A stretch of 64,000 nucleotides of DNA. Origin: an uncultured delta proteobacterium (GTDB lineage: Bacteria; Desulfobacterota; Binatia; Binatales; Binataceae). The stretch spans positions 1,376,001 to 1,440,000 of the forward strand of contig CAWEEQ010000004.1 in assembly GCA_963808235.1 (NCBI GenBank), written 5' to 3'. Positions 8,346-20,333 of the stretch are shown here, in pieces; the stretch's first letter is position 1, and each line of letters begins with the position of its first letter. The notes under the pieces were generated by a model. The model was not told the DNA's origin and did no database searches. It saw nothing but the letters and a program-made list of their open reading frames with translations. The position numbers and the translations under genes are program-made.

Positions 8346-10155
8346 TTGTTTTCCTCGATGATCTGTTTCAACTCGGGCGGCATTTCCTTGATCGTGTCGC
8401 GGCGAATGTTCATCCCGCCGTCGCTTTTCGTCGTGATGACATTTACTTTTGCGAACTCGTCGCTCTTGTCCGGGAAGTCGTCGCGGAAATGTCCGCCGCG
8501 GCTTTCCTTGCGTTCGATCGCGCATCGCGCGATGCACTCGGAGACCATCAGCAAGTTGCGCAAATCGAGCGCAGTGTGCCAGCCGTTGTTGTACATGCGG
8601 TTGCCGTCGACGCGGACATGCTCGGCGCGGCGCTTGTATTCCTCGATCTTCGCGAGCGCCTCGACCATCTCGTTTTCGCGGCGCGCGATACCGACCAGGT
8701 TCTGCATCGTGTCCTGCAGCTCGAACTGAATCGCGTAGGGTGCCTCGGTCTTGTCGGTGTGAGGTTCGAACGGGCGCAGCGAGAGTTTGAGCGCGTCGTC
8801 AACCTGGCGCGGGTTGATTTTGCCGAAGTCGTGCTCCTTGGCGAACATCGCGGCAAATGCTCCGGCGCGTTGGCCGAAGACCAGCAAATCAGAGAGCGAG
8901 TTGCCGCCGAGGCGATTTGCGCCGTGCAATCCCGCAGCTGCCTCGCCGGCGGCATAGAGGCCGGGCGTCGTCGAGCTTTGGGTGTCACCATCGACGCGAA
9001 TCCCGCCCATCACGTAGTGCGTAGTCGGTCCGATTTCCATCGGGACCTTGGTGATGTCGACATTCGCGAGCTTGATGAACTGGTGATACATCGAGGGCAG
9101 CTTGCGCTTGATGTGCTCCTCGGCGTTCGGGAGCTTCTCCTTGATCCACGCGATGTCGAGGAAGACGCCACCGTGCGGGCTGCCCCGACCTTCGCGAACT
9201 TCGCGGACGATCATGCGGGCGACGTGATCGCGAGTCAGCAGCTCGGGCGGACGACGCGCACTTTTGTCGCCCTGGGTGTAGCGCCAGCCTTCTTCCTCGT
9301 TGTCGGCGGTCGAACTTTTGTAGGCGTCGGGGATCTCGCCGAACAGGAAACGCTCCCCTTTGCTGTTGCGCAGGACACCGCCCTCTCCGCGCACTCCTTC
9401 GGTGACCAGGATTCCGGCGACGCTCAGCGGCCAGATCATGCCGGTCGGATGGAACTGGACGAACTCCATGTCCATCAGCTCGGCACCGGCGTTGTATGCC
9501 AGCGCCTGGCCGTCGCCGGTGTACTCCCAACTGTTGGAAGTGATCTTGTAGGCGCGGCCGATTCCGCCGGTCGCGATGACGACGGCTTTCGCGCGCCACA
9601 GGTAGAAGAAGCCGCGCTCGCGATCGTAGCCGAACGCGCCGGCGATTCGGCCGTCGTCGACGAGCAGCGAGACGACGGTGGTTTCCATGTAAACGTCGAG
9701 GCCGCGATGAATCCCGTTGTCCTGGAGCACGCGGATCATCTCGAGGCCGGTGCGGTCGCCGACGTGCGCCAGGCGTGGATAACGATGGCCGCCGAAGTTG
9801 CGCTGGAGGATTTTGCCGTCCTTGGTGCGATCGAACGCGGCGCCCCACTCCTCGAGTTCGTGCACTCGTGCGGGGGCTTCCTTGGCGTGCAGCTCGGCCA
9901 TCCGCCAGTTGTTCACATACTGGCCGCCGCGCATCGTGTCGGCAAAATGAACTTTCCAATTGTCGCGATCGTCGACGTTGCCCATCGCCGCCGCGACTCC
10001 GCCCTCGGCCATCACGGTGTGAGCCTTGCCGAGAAGCGATTTGCAGATCAGCGCGACCTTCGCACCGCCGGCGGACGCCTCGATCGCGGCGCGCAGTCCG
10101 GCGCCGCCGGCACCGATCACCAGCACATCGTGTTGCCGCTCTTCGTATTCAGCCA

Positions 10156-10156
<1 letters not shown>
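8342..10156 (-). CDS. sdhA: Succinate dehydrogenase/fumarate reductase flavoprotein subunit
   Basis: GAGGAG, KAHTVMAEGG, QFHPTG, HYVMGG, HGANRLGGNSL, ESRGGH. Confidence 0.95.
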
Positions 10157-11980
<1,824 letters not shown>

Positions 11981-12433
11981 TTAAGTGCGTGAAACGGAAG
12001 GGACCTCCAGCCGGGGCCCCGAGACGTGCGATCAATAGCAACGTTTGGTGATGTTGTGAAGCAAGCCGCAGCGATTTGGTCCGCGTCCTCGCCTCCAGTC
12101 GCAACGGAAGGATACCGTGCCGGTCGTGAATCTCCGAAAATGTGAATCGTGAAATAAATGCCTACCGTCTTGATCACAATTTCAGCGGGCTGAGCGAAAA
12201 TTCAGCTACTGAAATATTTCTGACCACGGACGGACCAGATCTTGCTCTAGCACAAGTCGCTTTCTGGGGCGGGTCGTGTGTGGGGGGTGCAAGAGTTTCA
12301 TTCATAGGTAGGGCGATTCGCTCGCAGCGATGAGTCTTACGCAAAGGTCGCAGTGCGTTCGTAAACTGCGAGGCAATTTTCCGCGTCACGTGCCAGCCAC
12401 GAAGGGCGCGCATCGGACTGTTGGAGCCTTACG

Positions 12434-14671
12434 ATGAAACCCAGAGCCACTAGTGCTGCAGCTATTTTGTCTTCGCGGTCCTTTCTATTAGTCCTGCTCA
12501 CTCTCGGACTAGCGGTCGCCGGCGGATCGGGAGCTTACCGAGCGGCCACGACACCGGCGGCGTTACCGCTGCAAATCAATGTGCTGTCGAACCGCGCCGA
12601 CTTGATCTCCGGCGGCGACGCGCTGGTCCAGATTGTCATTCCCACCGGGGTCAGTCCGTCATCGGTGGAGGTCACGCTCGGAGGCAAGAACATAACGAGC
12701 GAATTTGCGGTGCGTCCCAACGCCCTCTACGAGGGGCTGGTCACCGGCCTGGTGAACGGAGCGAATGCTCTGAAGGCGACGGCGACCGGCGCAGGATCGG
12801 CGGCAATCACAATCACCAACCATCCAAATGGCGGACCGATTTTCTCCGGCCCGCAAATTCAACCCTGGCCGTGCCTGGCCGGGGCCACCGATGCACAATG
12901 CAATCAGGCGGTCACCTATCAGTACGAGTACGTACAGGCTGGGACAGATCAATTTCAGTCGTATGATCCGAATAACCCGCCGACGCCGGGGACTATAGCT
13001 ACGACTACAACGGATCAAGGCAACACGGTGCCTTTTATCGTTCGAGTAGAGACTGGCGCTCAGGATCGCGGGCAGTATTCAGTCGCGGTACTCTTCGATC
13101 CAACTCAGGGCTGGCAGCCGTGGGCTCCGCAGAAAGCGTGGAACGGCAAGACCTACGTCACCGGAGGATCGGGATGCGGAGAGCATCACGGTGAAACCAC
13201 TCCACCAAGCGTGTTGGACAACGATGCGCTTGGCCGCGGCTTCATGGTGTGGTCGACGGCGCTCGATCACAATACGCAGAACTGCAACCTGGTGGTTCAA
13301 GCAGAGTCCCTGATGATGGCCAAGGAGCACATCATCGAGACCTACGGACCTATCCGCTACACAATCGGCAGTGGATGTTCCGGCGGTTCGATTTATCAGC
13401 AGCAAGCGGCGAACGACTATCCGGGAATTTTCGACGGAATCCTTCCCAACTGCAGCTTCACCGATTCCTGGTCGACTTCGATTGAGGTCGTGGATTGCAG
13501 GCTGATGGTGGACTACTTCGATAATCCCACTACTAAGTGGGGCACGGGCATCGCCTGGACTTCGACCCAGGAAGCGGCAGTCGAAGGAGAACCGGGACCC
13601 AACATTTGCGAAGCGTGGATCAATGTCTACGGTTTCGATGAGGGCGGCAACCCGCGAGAAGTCACTACGGGACCAGGGCTCTACGACGTCGAGGACTTCC
13701 AAAGTTGCAACGTGCCCGCGGCTGAGGCCTACGATCCGCAGACGAACCCCAAAGGTATCCGATGCGATCTCGCGGACTATTTCATAGACGAACTCGGTAA
13801 GCGGCCCAAGGACGGATTCGCCAACCGGCCGGCCGACAACGTCGGCGTACAGTACGGTTTGAACGCTCTTATGTCAGGCGAGATCACGCCGGCGCAATTC
13901 GTCGATCTGAATGTAAAACTCGGCAGCCGGGATATCGACTACAACCCGGTTCCCGGACGCACCCCAGCCGATCCCCCGGCGATACCCATTGCTTATCGCG
14001 GCGGCCTCTTCAACGAGGGGAACAACATGATCATCCCGATCATCGATTTGCGCGGGCATGATGTCGAGGAGATTCATACCGACTATCACAGCTATGAGAT
14101 GCGCGCGCGGCTGGATCGATCCCACGGCAATCACGACAACCAGGTCATCTGGACCGGCCCTGCTCCGCTGGCCGGCGATACCACGTTCGCTTCGATGGTG
14201 GCGGGATCATTTTCGTCGCCATTTGCTTCCCAGGCGCTGACGGTCATGGACGATTGGCTGTCCGCGATCGAGGCGGACAAGACCAATGTGCCGCTCGCGC
14301 AAAAGGTCGTGAACGACAAGCCCGCCGCGGCGCATGACGCGTGCTTCGATGGGACCGGCACCGAAATTACTGACCAGACCGTATGCCAGGCTCTGTATCC
14401 GTTCTACGCAGAGCCGCGGATTGCCGCGGGAGAGCCGTTCACCGGCGACATCCTCAAGTGCCAGTTGAAGGCGCTGGACATGGCAGACTATTTCCCGGTC
14501 CAGTTTACCGACGCTGAATGGACGCAGCTCGAAGATACCTTCCCGACGGGAGTGTGCGACTACAGCAAGCCGGGCGTAAATCAGCAGCCGACGATTCCCT
14601 GGATGAGCTACGCCGCCGGACCCGGTGGAAAGCCTTTGCCGCCGGCGCCGGTATCGGCGCCGCTGAAGTAG
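12434..14671 (+). CDS. Secreted DUF6351-like (tannase-related alpha/beta) hydrolase
   Basis: Signal peptide, VLSNRADLISGGDAL, GSGCSGGS nucleophile elbow, DNVGVQYGL, CQLK...FPTGVCDYSKPG. Confidence 0.8.
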   Translation: MKPRATSAAAILSSRSFLLVLLTLGLAVAGGSGAYRAATTPAALPLQINVLSNRADLISGGDALVQIVIPTGVSPSSVEVTLGGKNITSEFAVRPNALYEGLVTGLVNGANALKATATGAGSAAITITNHPNGGPIFSGPQIQPWPCLAGATDAQCNQAVTYQYEYVQAGTDQFQSYDPNNPPTPGTIATTTTDQGNTVPFIVRVETGAQDRGQYSVAVLFDPTQGWQPWAPQKAWNGKTYVTGGSGCGEHHGETTPPSVLDNDALGRGFMVWSTALDHNTQNCNLVVQAESLMMAKEHIIETYGPIRYTIGSGCSGGSIYQQQAANDYPGIFDGILPNCSFTDSWSTSIEVVDCRLMVDYFDNPTTKWGTGIAWTSTQEAAVEGEPGPNICEAWINVYGFDEGGNPREVTTGPGLYDVEDFQSCNVPAAEAYDPQTNPKGIRCDLADYFIDELGKRPKDGFANRPADNVGVQYGLNALMSGEITPAQFVDLNVKLGSRDIDYNPVPGRTPADPPAIPIAYRGGLFNEGNNMIIPIIDLRGHDVEEIHTDYHSYEMRARLDRSHGNHDNQVIWTGPAPLAGDTTFASMVAGSFSSPFASQALTVMDDWLSAIEADKTNVPLAQKVVNDKPAAAHDACFDGTGTEITDQTVCQALYPFYAEPRIAAGEPFTGDILKCQLKALDMADYFPVQFTDAEWTQLEDTFPTGVCDYSKPGVNQQPTIPWMSYAAGPGGKPLPPAPVSAPLK

Positions 14672-14696
14672 GAGAGTCTGGCGACGCGCTACAGGT

Positions 14697-14754
14697 GCGA
14701 CGCAGCGCTTGCGACGGCTCGCGAGTTGGGAATGCGCGCTCGAGGAGCGCATCA
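14697..14754 (+). repeat. Degenerate copy of the 3' end of the ATPase-TPR regulator gene
   Basis: Aligns with 18963-19022 (ALATARELGM.ALEERI) with substitutions and a 2-nt deletion. Confidence 0.8.
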
Positions 14755-14802
14755 CCGCCGAGATAGCGCAGATGAAGCCGGACCTACACTAGGCGCGATC
14801 GA

Positions 14803-15090
14803 TCAAGCGCCGCGGGTCGGCGCGAACAGGTTCAGCGCTGAGGGCGAGATGCGCGATTCGCCCAATTCAATAATCACGTCCGCCGGCAGGTTCAGCCTCC
14901 GCGCCGCGTCGCGGATCGCCTCGGGATTGGGCGCCTCGTAGAGGCAGTAGGTCTTCTTCTTGTCTGCGCTCAGGAACGAGTAGATCCAGTCGATTCCGAC
15001 CTCGGAATTGACTTGGCAGACAGCAGTGGCGGCCTCGCGATTCACGTTCAGTTGGTCGGCAAAATTTCTCTCGATCAGATAGAGGGGCAT
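14803..15090 (-). CDS. DUF4242 (SCO4226-like) domain protein
   Basis: MPLYLIER...WIYSFLSADKKKTYCLYEAPNPEAIRDAARRLNLPADVI. Confidence 0.88.
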   Translation of the reverse strand: MPLYLIERNFADQLNVNREAATAVCQVNSEVGIDWIYSFLSADKKKTYCLYEAPNPEAIRDAARRLNLPADVIIELGESRISPSALNLFAPTRGA

Positions 15091-15189
15091 TATGGTCTCC
15101 TTATTTTGTCTGCACCGCAGGGCTCGGGCGCAACGATTGGCAGCAACCGCGAGCACTGGCGCTGCTCGCGGTCGCCGCTTACCGATCAC

Positions 15190-15735
15190 TTACTTCACGT
15201 CTACTTCCATGCGCATCCAGGGATGTATGCAGCATTGGAAGAGATGCTTTCCCTTCGACAGGCCAGTGATATCCAGATGACTGCCTTGAAGAATTCGGGT
15301 CTTGGCGACGGCGACGGTGGAGAAACCACCGGCACATTCCGGGATAGCGGTGGTCGCGCTGCCAACGTTGAGCGGCGGTACGAATCCGTTACCGAACGCT
15401 TTCACTTCGGTGAAGGTGTGCGGCTCACCACCCTGGTCAACCACGGAAAGGATGTCGCCATTGTGGATCGTCACCTGGTCGGGTTCGAAGTCCCAACCCG
15501 GATCGGGGGTTCCAGCCTCCGCCCCGGCAAATAGATCAGACAAGGTAGTAAACGCTCCAAGCGTGACGTTCTTGCAAAAGTCGGGGCCCACCGCCGCGTT
15601 GAACGTGGTCGGATCGCATTCGTCCAATGCCACGACCTGGGCGAGGCCTGGCGAGCCTGGCTGCGCGCCCGCGTGTGTCGCGCCGGCTAAAATCGCCCAT
15701 CCCGCTATCAAAGTAAGTACCGCTACCTTTTTCAT
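15190..15735 (-). CDS. Secreted cupredoxin (type-1 copper) protein
   Basis: Signal peptide; GEPHTFT and CCIHPWM ligand loop; extra cysteines; strong Shine-Dalgarno. Confidence 0.8.
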   Translation of the reverse strand: MKKVAVLTLIAGWAILAGATHAGAQPGSPGLAQVVALDECDPTTFNAAVGPDFCKNVTLGAFTTLSDLFAGAEAGTPDPGWDFEPDQVTIHNGDILSVVDQGGEPHTFTEVKAFGNGFVPPLNVGSATTAIPECAGGFSTVAVAKTRILQGSHLDITGLSKGKHLFQCCIHPWMRMEVDVK

Positions 15736-15820
15736 TACCGCTTCCTCCTGGTGATCATGATCTAGTGATCATGATGCCGCCATGTTCGAGCAGTCCGGCG
15801 GGTTAGCCAATGGACCAGGG

Positions 15821-15850
15821 CTGAATATCTCCTGAACTCTCTCTGAACTC
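15821..15850. promoter_or_regulatory. Three direct repeats with 11-bp period; candidate winged-helix regulator site
   Basis: CTGAA at 15821, 15832 and 15843 between the divergent cupredoxin and regulator genes. Confidence 0.65.
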
Positions 15851-15910
15851 GTCGAAGCAAAGCGGCTATACGCTCACCCACAACCCAAGTAGAATCCGCG
15901 ATCGCGACAA

Positions 15911-18900
15911 ATGTCTGAAGGTCTCTTCCAGTTTGAGGATTTTGTGCTGGACCGCGGCGCTTACGAGCTGCGCCGGGGCGGCGTGGCCGTTGCGCTCCAG
16001 CGGATTCCGCTCGAGCTGCTATGCCTGCTGATCGAGCGCCGTGGAAATCTCGTGACGCGCGAGGAAATTATCGAGCGTGTCTGGGGCAAAGGAGTCTTCG
16101 TCGATAGCGAGACCAGCATCAACACCGCGGTGCGAAAGCTCAGGCGAGCTTTGAAAGACGACCCCGAGTCGCCGCGATTCGTCGCTACCGTCCCCTCCAG
16201 GGGCTACCGCTTTGTCGGAGAGATTCGCGGACCGAAGATAAGCAGGTCGGAGCAAGTTCGAGCACGGACTCCGGGTGTGATGGTGGGACGCGAGCGCGAG
16301 CTGGCTTCGATCATGAGCGGACTCGAAGATGCGGCTTCCGGGCGCGGGCGCCTGTTCCTTATTTCCGGCGAACCCGGCGTGGGCAAGACGCGGTTGGCGG
16401 ATGAGGTTGCCGCCGCGGCTGACGCGAAGCGAATGGCGATTCTGGTCGGGCATTGCTCCGAGCACGACGAAGCCGTCGCTTATCTCCCGTTCGTGGAAAT
16501 CCTCGAGAACTTCGTCGATCGCATACGAGACCTCGATAGTCTGCGCGCTGCGCTGGGCGACCAGGGGCCGGAGCTGGCGCGTTTGCTGCCCAAGCTCAAG
16601 AGCATCCTGCCCGAGCTTCCGCCGCCGCTCGATTTGCCGCCGGCACAAGCGCGGAGGCACCTGTTCAATTGCGTTTTCGACTTCATCGCGCGAATCGCTT
16701 CGACCCAACCCGCGCTGATGATCCTCGAGGACCTTCACTGGGCCGACGATTCGACCTTGTCGCTGCTCGATCACCTGACCCAGCGACTTTCCGATCTGCC
16801 GCTGATGGTGATCGGCACCTATCGTGACGCTGAGCTCAATGTAAGTCGCGGTCTGGCCAAGACGCTGGAAGATTTACTGCGCGGGCGGCTTGCGAATGGG
16901 GTGAGGCTCAAAGGTCTACCGCGTGATGAAGTGGCCGCGATGCTGAGTAGCCTCAGCGGAAAGTCGCCGCCTGCCGCCGTGGTTGGCGAGATATTCGCCG
17001 AGACCGAAGGCAACCCGTTCTTCGTCGAGGAACTGTTCAGGCATCTTGAGGAGGAGAATCGACTGTACGATTCGTCGGGACAATTTCGCGCCGAGCTCCA
17101 GATTGCCGAGTTGGACGCGCCGCCGACTGTGCGGCTGGTCGTCGCGCGGCGTCTCGCACGGCTGAGCGACCCGACGCAGAAGGTGCTCGCGACGGCGGCG
17201 GTGATCGGGCGCGTTTTCAGTTTTGAAATTCTTCAAGCTTCGAACGAGGCTGACACAGGTTCAATTCTCGAGTGCGTCGAGGAAGCCGAAAAAGCCGGGC
17301 TCGTATTCTCGGTCGCGGAAAGTCCCAAGGCCCGGTTTGCGTTCTCCCACGAGCTCACTCGCCAGGCGGTGCTCGCTGGCGTGTCGGCCGCGCGGCGCCA
17401 GCGGCTTCATCTCGAAGTGGCCGAAGCGATCGAGCGAACCTATTCCACGGCGTCGGAATCGAAATCCGGCGAGAGTCTGGACGACCACGTCGCTGAGCTG
17501 GCGCATCACTATGTGCAGGGCGCCAACAACCCGCAGGCAGTGAAATATCTCCATCTCGCGGGCCAGCAGGCGGCGCGCCGTTGGGCGCATCTGGAAGCGA
17601 TCAGCCACCTTAAGAAGGGGCTCGAACTTCTCGGGTCCCCACCGGCCCCGCCTGAGCGGAGTCGGCCCGCGGACGAAGCTCAACGGTACTCGCTCCTGTT
17701 CCTGCTTGGACAAGCGCAATGGCATGCGGGCGAATTTATTGAGGCGGGAGAAACGCTTCTTGGTGCAGCCAACGTGGCCCAAGTGCTGGGGTCAACCGAG
17801 AGCCTGGTCAGGACGGCCGTGAAACTCGTACGTATGACGTGCAGCGTCGGTCTTCCCGTACCGGGAACGGGTGACCTGCTCGAGGATGCGCTGCAGAGAC
17901 TCGGAACGGAGGACAGCCCCCTCAAAGCGAGGACGCTGGCCGGCCTGGCATACTACCTGGGGGTCACCGGCGAGCGGAAAAAACTGATGGTGTACGCGCC
18001 GCAAGCGGTTGCGATGGCCCGAAGCTTTGGCGATCCGGATCTGGTCGCCTACAGCCTGCTCGGAATGATGTTCGCCCTCTCGGGGCCGGAGCACGCTGAA
18101 GCGCGGCTCGCGCTCACAACAGAAATGCTCGACCTTGCCACGACTGCGAATAACCCGGAGTTGCATGCCGACGGAACCTTTCATCGCGGGTATTGCCTGC
18201 TCGAGTTGGGAGATGTGGCGGCGTCCGACCGGGAATTGGACGCATGGAAACGATGGTCGGAAGAGACCAATCAATCTTTTTATCTCTCCGTTGCCATAAC
18301 GTATCAGGCCATGCGGGCATTGATGCACGGCCGGTTCGAAGACAGCGAGCGCCTGGCTCAGCAAGCGCTGACGACGGGACAGAGTTTGCAACTGGAAACC
18401 ACTGCCGGCGTCTTTGGGCTCCAGATGTTTGCGCTGCGCCGCGAGCAGGGCGGGCTCAGGCAAATCGAGCCCATGGTCCGGCTTTTTCTCCAGCAACATT
18501 CTGCCGCGGCCGCATGGCGCCCCGGCCTGGCGGTGATCTACGCCGAACTTGGGCGAACGACGGAGGCGCGAGCGGAATTCGAGACCCTGGCGATGCATGA
18601 CTTTGCCGACCTACCCCGCGATGCGATGTGGATGGGAACCATGTCTTACCTCGCTGACGTCTGCACCTTCCTGAAGGACAGCGGCCGGGCAGAAACGTTG
18701 TACAAGATTCTGCTGCCGTTCGCCGGGCGCAATGTAGTCATGAGCGACGGCGCGGCCTGCTACGGCGCCCTCTCTCGATACCTCGGCGCGTTAGCAACCA
18801 CGCTCGAGCAGTGGGATGAAGCGACGCGCCATTTTGAAGACGCACTCGCGATGAACACGCGCATGGACACGCCCGTCTGGCTCGCGCATACGCAAGCTCA

Positions 18901-19036
18901 GTACGCCGCGCTGCTCCTTGCTCGCAATCGGGCGGGCGACCGGAAGAAGGCGGGGGTGCTGCGCGACACAGCGCTGGCGACGGCTCGCGAACTAGGGATG
19001 TGCGCGCTCGAGGAGCGGATCATTCTCTCCGCGTGA
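15911..19036 (+). CDS. Large transcriptional regulator: OmpR/PhoB-type wHTH, STAND-like ATPase, helical/TPR region
   Basis: LRRALKDD...TVPSRGYRF; GEPGVGKT Walker A; ILEDLHWAD; TEGNPFF; helical repeats. Confidence 0.9.
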   Translation: MSEGLFQFEDFVLDRGAYELRRGGVAVALQRIPLELLCLLIERRGNLVTREEIIERVWGKGVFVDSETSINTAVRKLRRALKDDPESPRFVATVPSRGYRFVGEIRGPKISRSEQVRARTPGVMVGRERELASIMSGLEDAASGRGRLFLISGEPGVGKTRLADEVAAAADAKRMAILVGHCSEHDEAVAYLPFVEILENFVDRIRDLDSLRAALGDQGPELARLLPKLKSILPELPPPLDLPPAQARRHLFNCVFDFIARIASTQPALMILEDLHWADDSTLSLLDHLTQRLSDLPLMVIGTYRDAELNVSRGLAKTLEDLLRGRLANGVRLKGLPRDEVAAMLSSLSGKSPPAAVVGEIFAETEGNPFFVEELFRHLEEENRLYDSSGQFRAELQIAELDAPPTVRLVVARRLARLSDPTQKVLATAAVIGRVFSFEILQASNEADTGSILECVEEAEKAGLVFSVAESPKARFAFSHELTRQAVLAGVSAARRQRLHLEVAEAIERTYSTASESKSGESLDDHVAELAHHYVQGANNPQAVKYLHLAGQQAARRWAHLEAISHLKKGLELLGSPPAPPERSRPADEAQRYSLLFLLGQAQWHAGEFIEAGETLLGAANVAQVLGSTESLVRTAVKLVRMTCSVGLPVPGTGDLLEDALQRLGTEDSPLKARTLAGLAYYLGVTGERKKLMVYAPQAVAMARSFGDPDLVAYSLLGMMFALSGPEHAEARLALTTEMLDLATTANNPELHADGTFHRGYCLLELGDVAASDRELDAWKRWSEETNQSFYLSVAITYQAMRALMHGRFEDSERLAQQALTTGQSLQLETTAGVFGLQMFALRREQGGLRQIEPMVRLFLQQHSAAAAWRPGLAVIYAELGRTTEARAEFETLAMHDFADLPRDAMWMGTMSYLADVCTFLKDSGRAETLYKILLPFAGRNVVMSDGAACYGALSRYLGALATTLEQWDEATRHFEDALAMNTRMDTPVWLAHTQAQYAALLLARNRAGDRKKAGVLRDTALATARELGMCALEERIILSA

Positions 19037-19058
19037 TGCGAGCTGATGGTTTCCGCAG

Positions 19059-20333
19059 TCATGCGTAGCGGAGCCAGCGGGCGATCTCGCGGATCGACGG
19101 GCGCTTGCCGTGCATCAGGATGCCGACCCGGTAGATACGCCCGCAGATGAGCATCGCCGCGCCGATGGTAGCGAGCAGGACGATCAGTGAAAGCGCGACT
19201 TGCCACACCGGCGGATCGTGCACGGCCATTCGCTCGAACATAAGGATCGGCGCGCAGAACGGAAATATCGACGCAATCACGGCGACTGCCGAGTCGGACG
19301 AAGTCGCCACCGGCAGTATCAGCGCTGACGACGCGATCAGGGGCAGGATGATCACGAAGTTCCACTGCTGCGCGTCGTCGATCGAATTGAAGATCGCGCC
19401 GACGCCGGCGAAGATCGCGCTATAGAGCAGGTAGCCGAGCAAATAAAAGATGATGAAGGAAATGATTATCGACGGGCCGACGTCGAGCACGTTGATCGCG
19501 GCGCGGACATACATGCTGCGCGAGGCGGTGAATGCCGCCAGTCCGAGCCACACGCCAATCTGGGTCAGGCCAACACTGCCGGTGCCGATAATTTTCCCGG
19601 TCATCAGTTCCTGCGCGGTCGTCGAACAGAGCAGCACTTCGGTGATGCGCGAGGTTTTTTCCTCCATCACCGATCGCATCACCATGACGCCGTAAGTAAG
19701 AAGCGAAAAGCACATCACGAAGAGCAACACGAAGACTACCGCCGCGCCGCGCACCGCGTTGAAGACGGAGAACGAGTTGGCGGGTTTGACCGTGGTCACA
19801 TCGACCCGCTGCAGGGTCGTGGCAACGTCGTCGGCCGAGGTGCCGCGACTCACCATCTGCTCGGCCGCGAAGGCGTACGAGAGCGCGGCTGCGAGACGAT
19901 TTTGCAGAATGAAATCGCCCATCCGATTGGTAGTGAGAACCACGTGGCGGCTCGTGCGCGCGGGACCGTCAAGCCAGACGTAGCCGTCGATCTCCGATGC
20001 AGCGGCCTGCTTCGCAAGCTGTTGATGCGCGGCCTCGTTGGCCGGCGAAACGATCGAGACGACGTAGCGGCCGCGGGCGGAGCGCATCAGTTCGCCGCGG
20101 GCCAGGTCCGCGAGCGCACGGTTGTCGCACGCGATCGCAAGGCGCACCGGCTGCGAGTTGTATCGCATCATGCCGTTTACCGTCGATCCGGCGATCAACG
20201 CGGGCAGCGTCAAGATCGTGAGCATCAGCACCGGAGTTGCAAAGGTCGAAAGCAGGAACGAGCGGGTCCGCACCCGCGCGCCGTACTCGCGCTTGGCTAC
20301 GATCCAGACGTTGCGGAGCCGGAACTCAGTCAT
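19059..20333 (-). CDS. ABC-2 type transporter permease (NatB/YhaP-like)
   Basis: VAKREY, SVMEEKTSRITEVLL, GKIIG, IYRVGILMHGKRPS. Confidence 0.9.
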   Translation of the reverse strand: MTEFRLRNVWIVAKREYGARVRTRSFLLSTFATPVLMLTILTLPALIAGSTVNGMMRYNSQPVRLAIACDNRALADLARGELMRSARGRYVVSIVSPANEAAHQQLAKQAAASEIDGYVWLDGPARTSRHVVLTTNRMGDFILQNRLAAALSYAFAAEQMVSRGTSADDVATTLQRVDVTTVKPANSFSVFNAVRGAAVVFVLLFVMCFSLLTYGVMVMRSVMEEKTSRITEVLLCSTTAQELMTGKIIGTGSVGLTQIGVWLGLAAFTASRSMYVRAAINVLDVGPSIIISFIIFYLLGYLLYSAIFAGVGAIFNSIDDAQQWNFVIILPLIASSALILPVATSSDSAVAVIASIFPFCAPILMFERMAVHDPPVWQVALSLIVLLATIGAAMLICGRIYRVGILMHGKRPSIREIARWLRYA

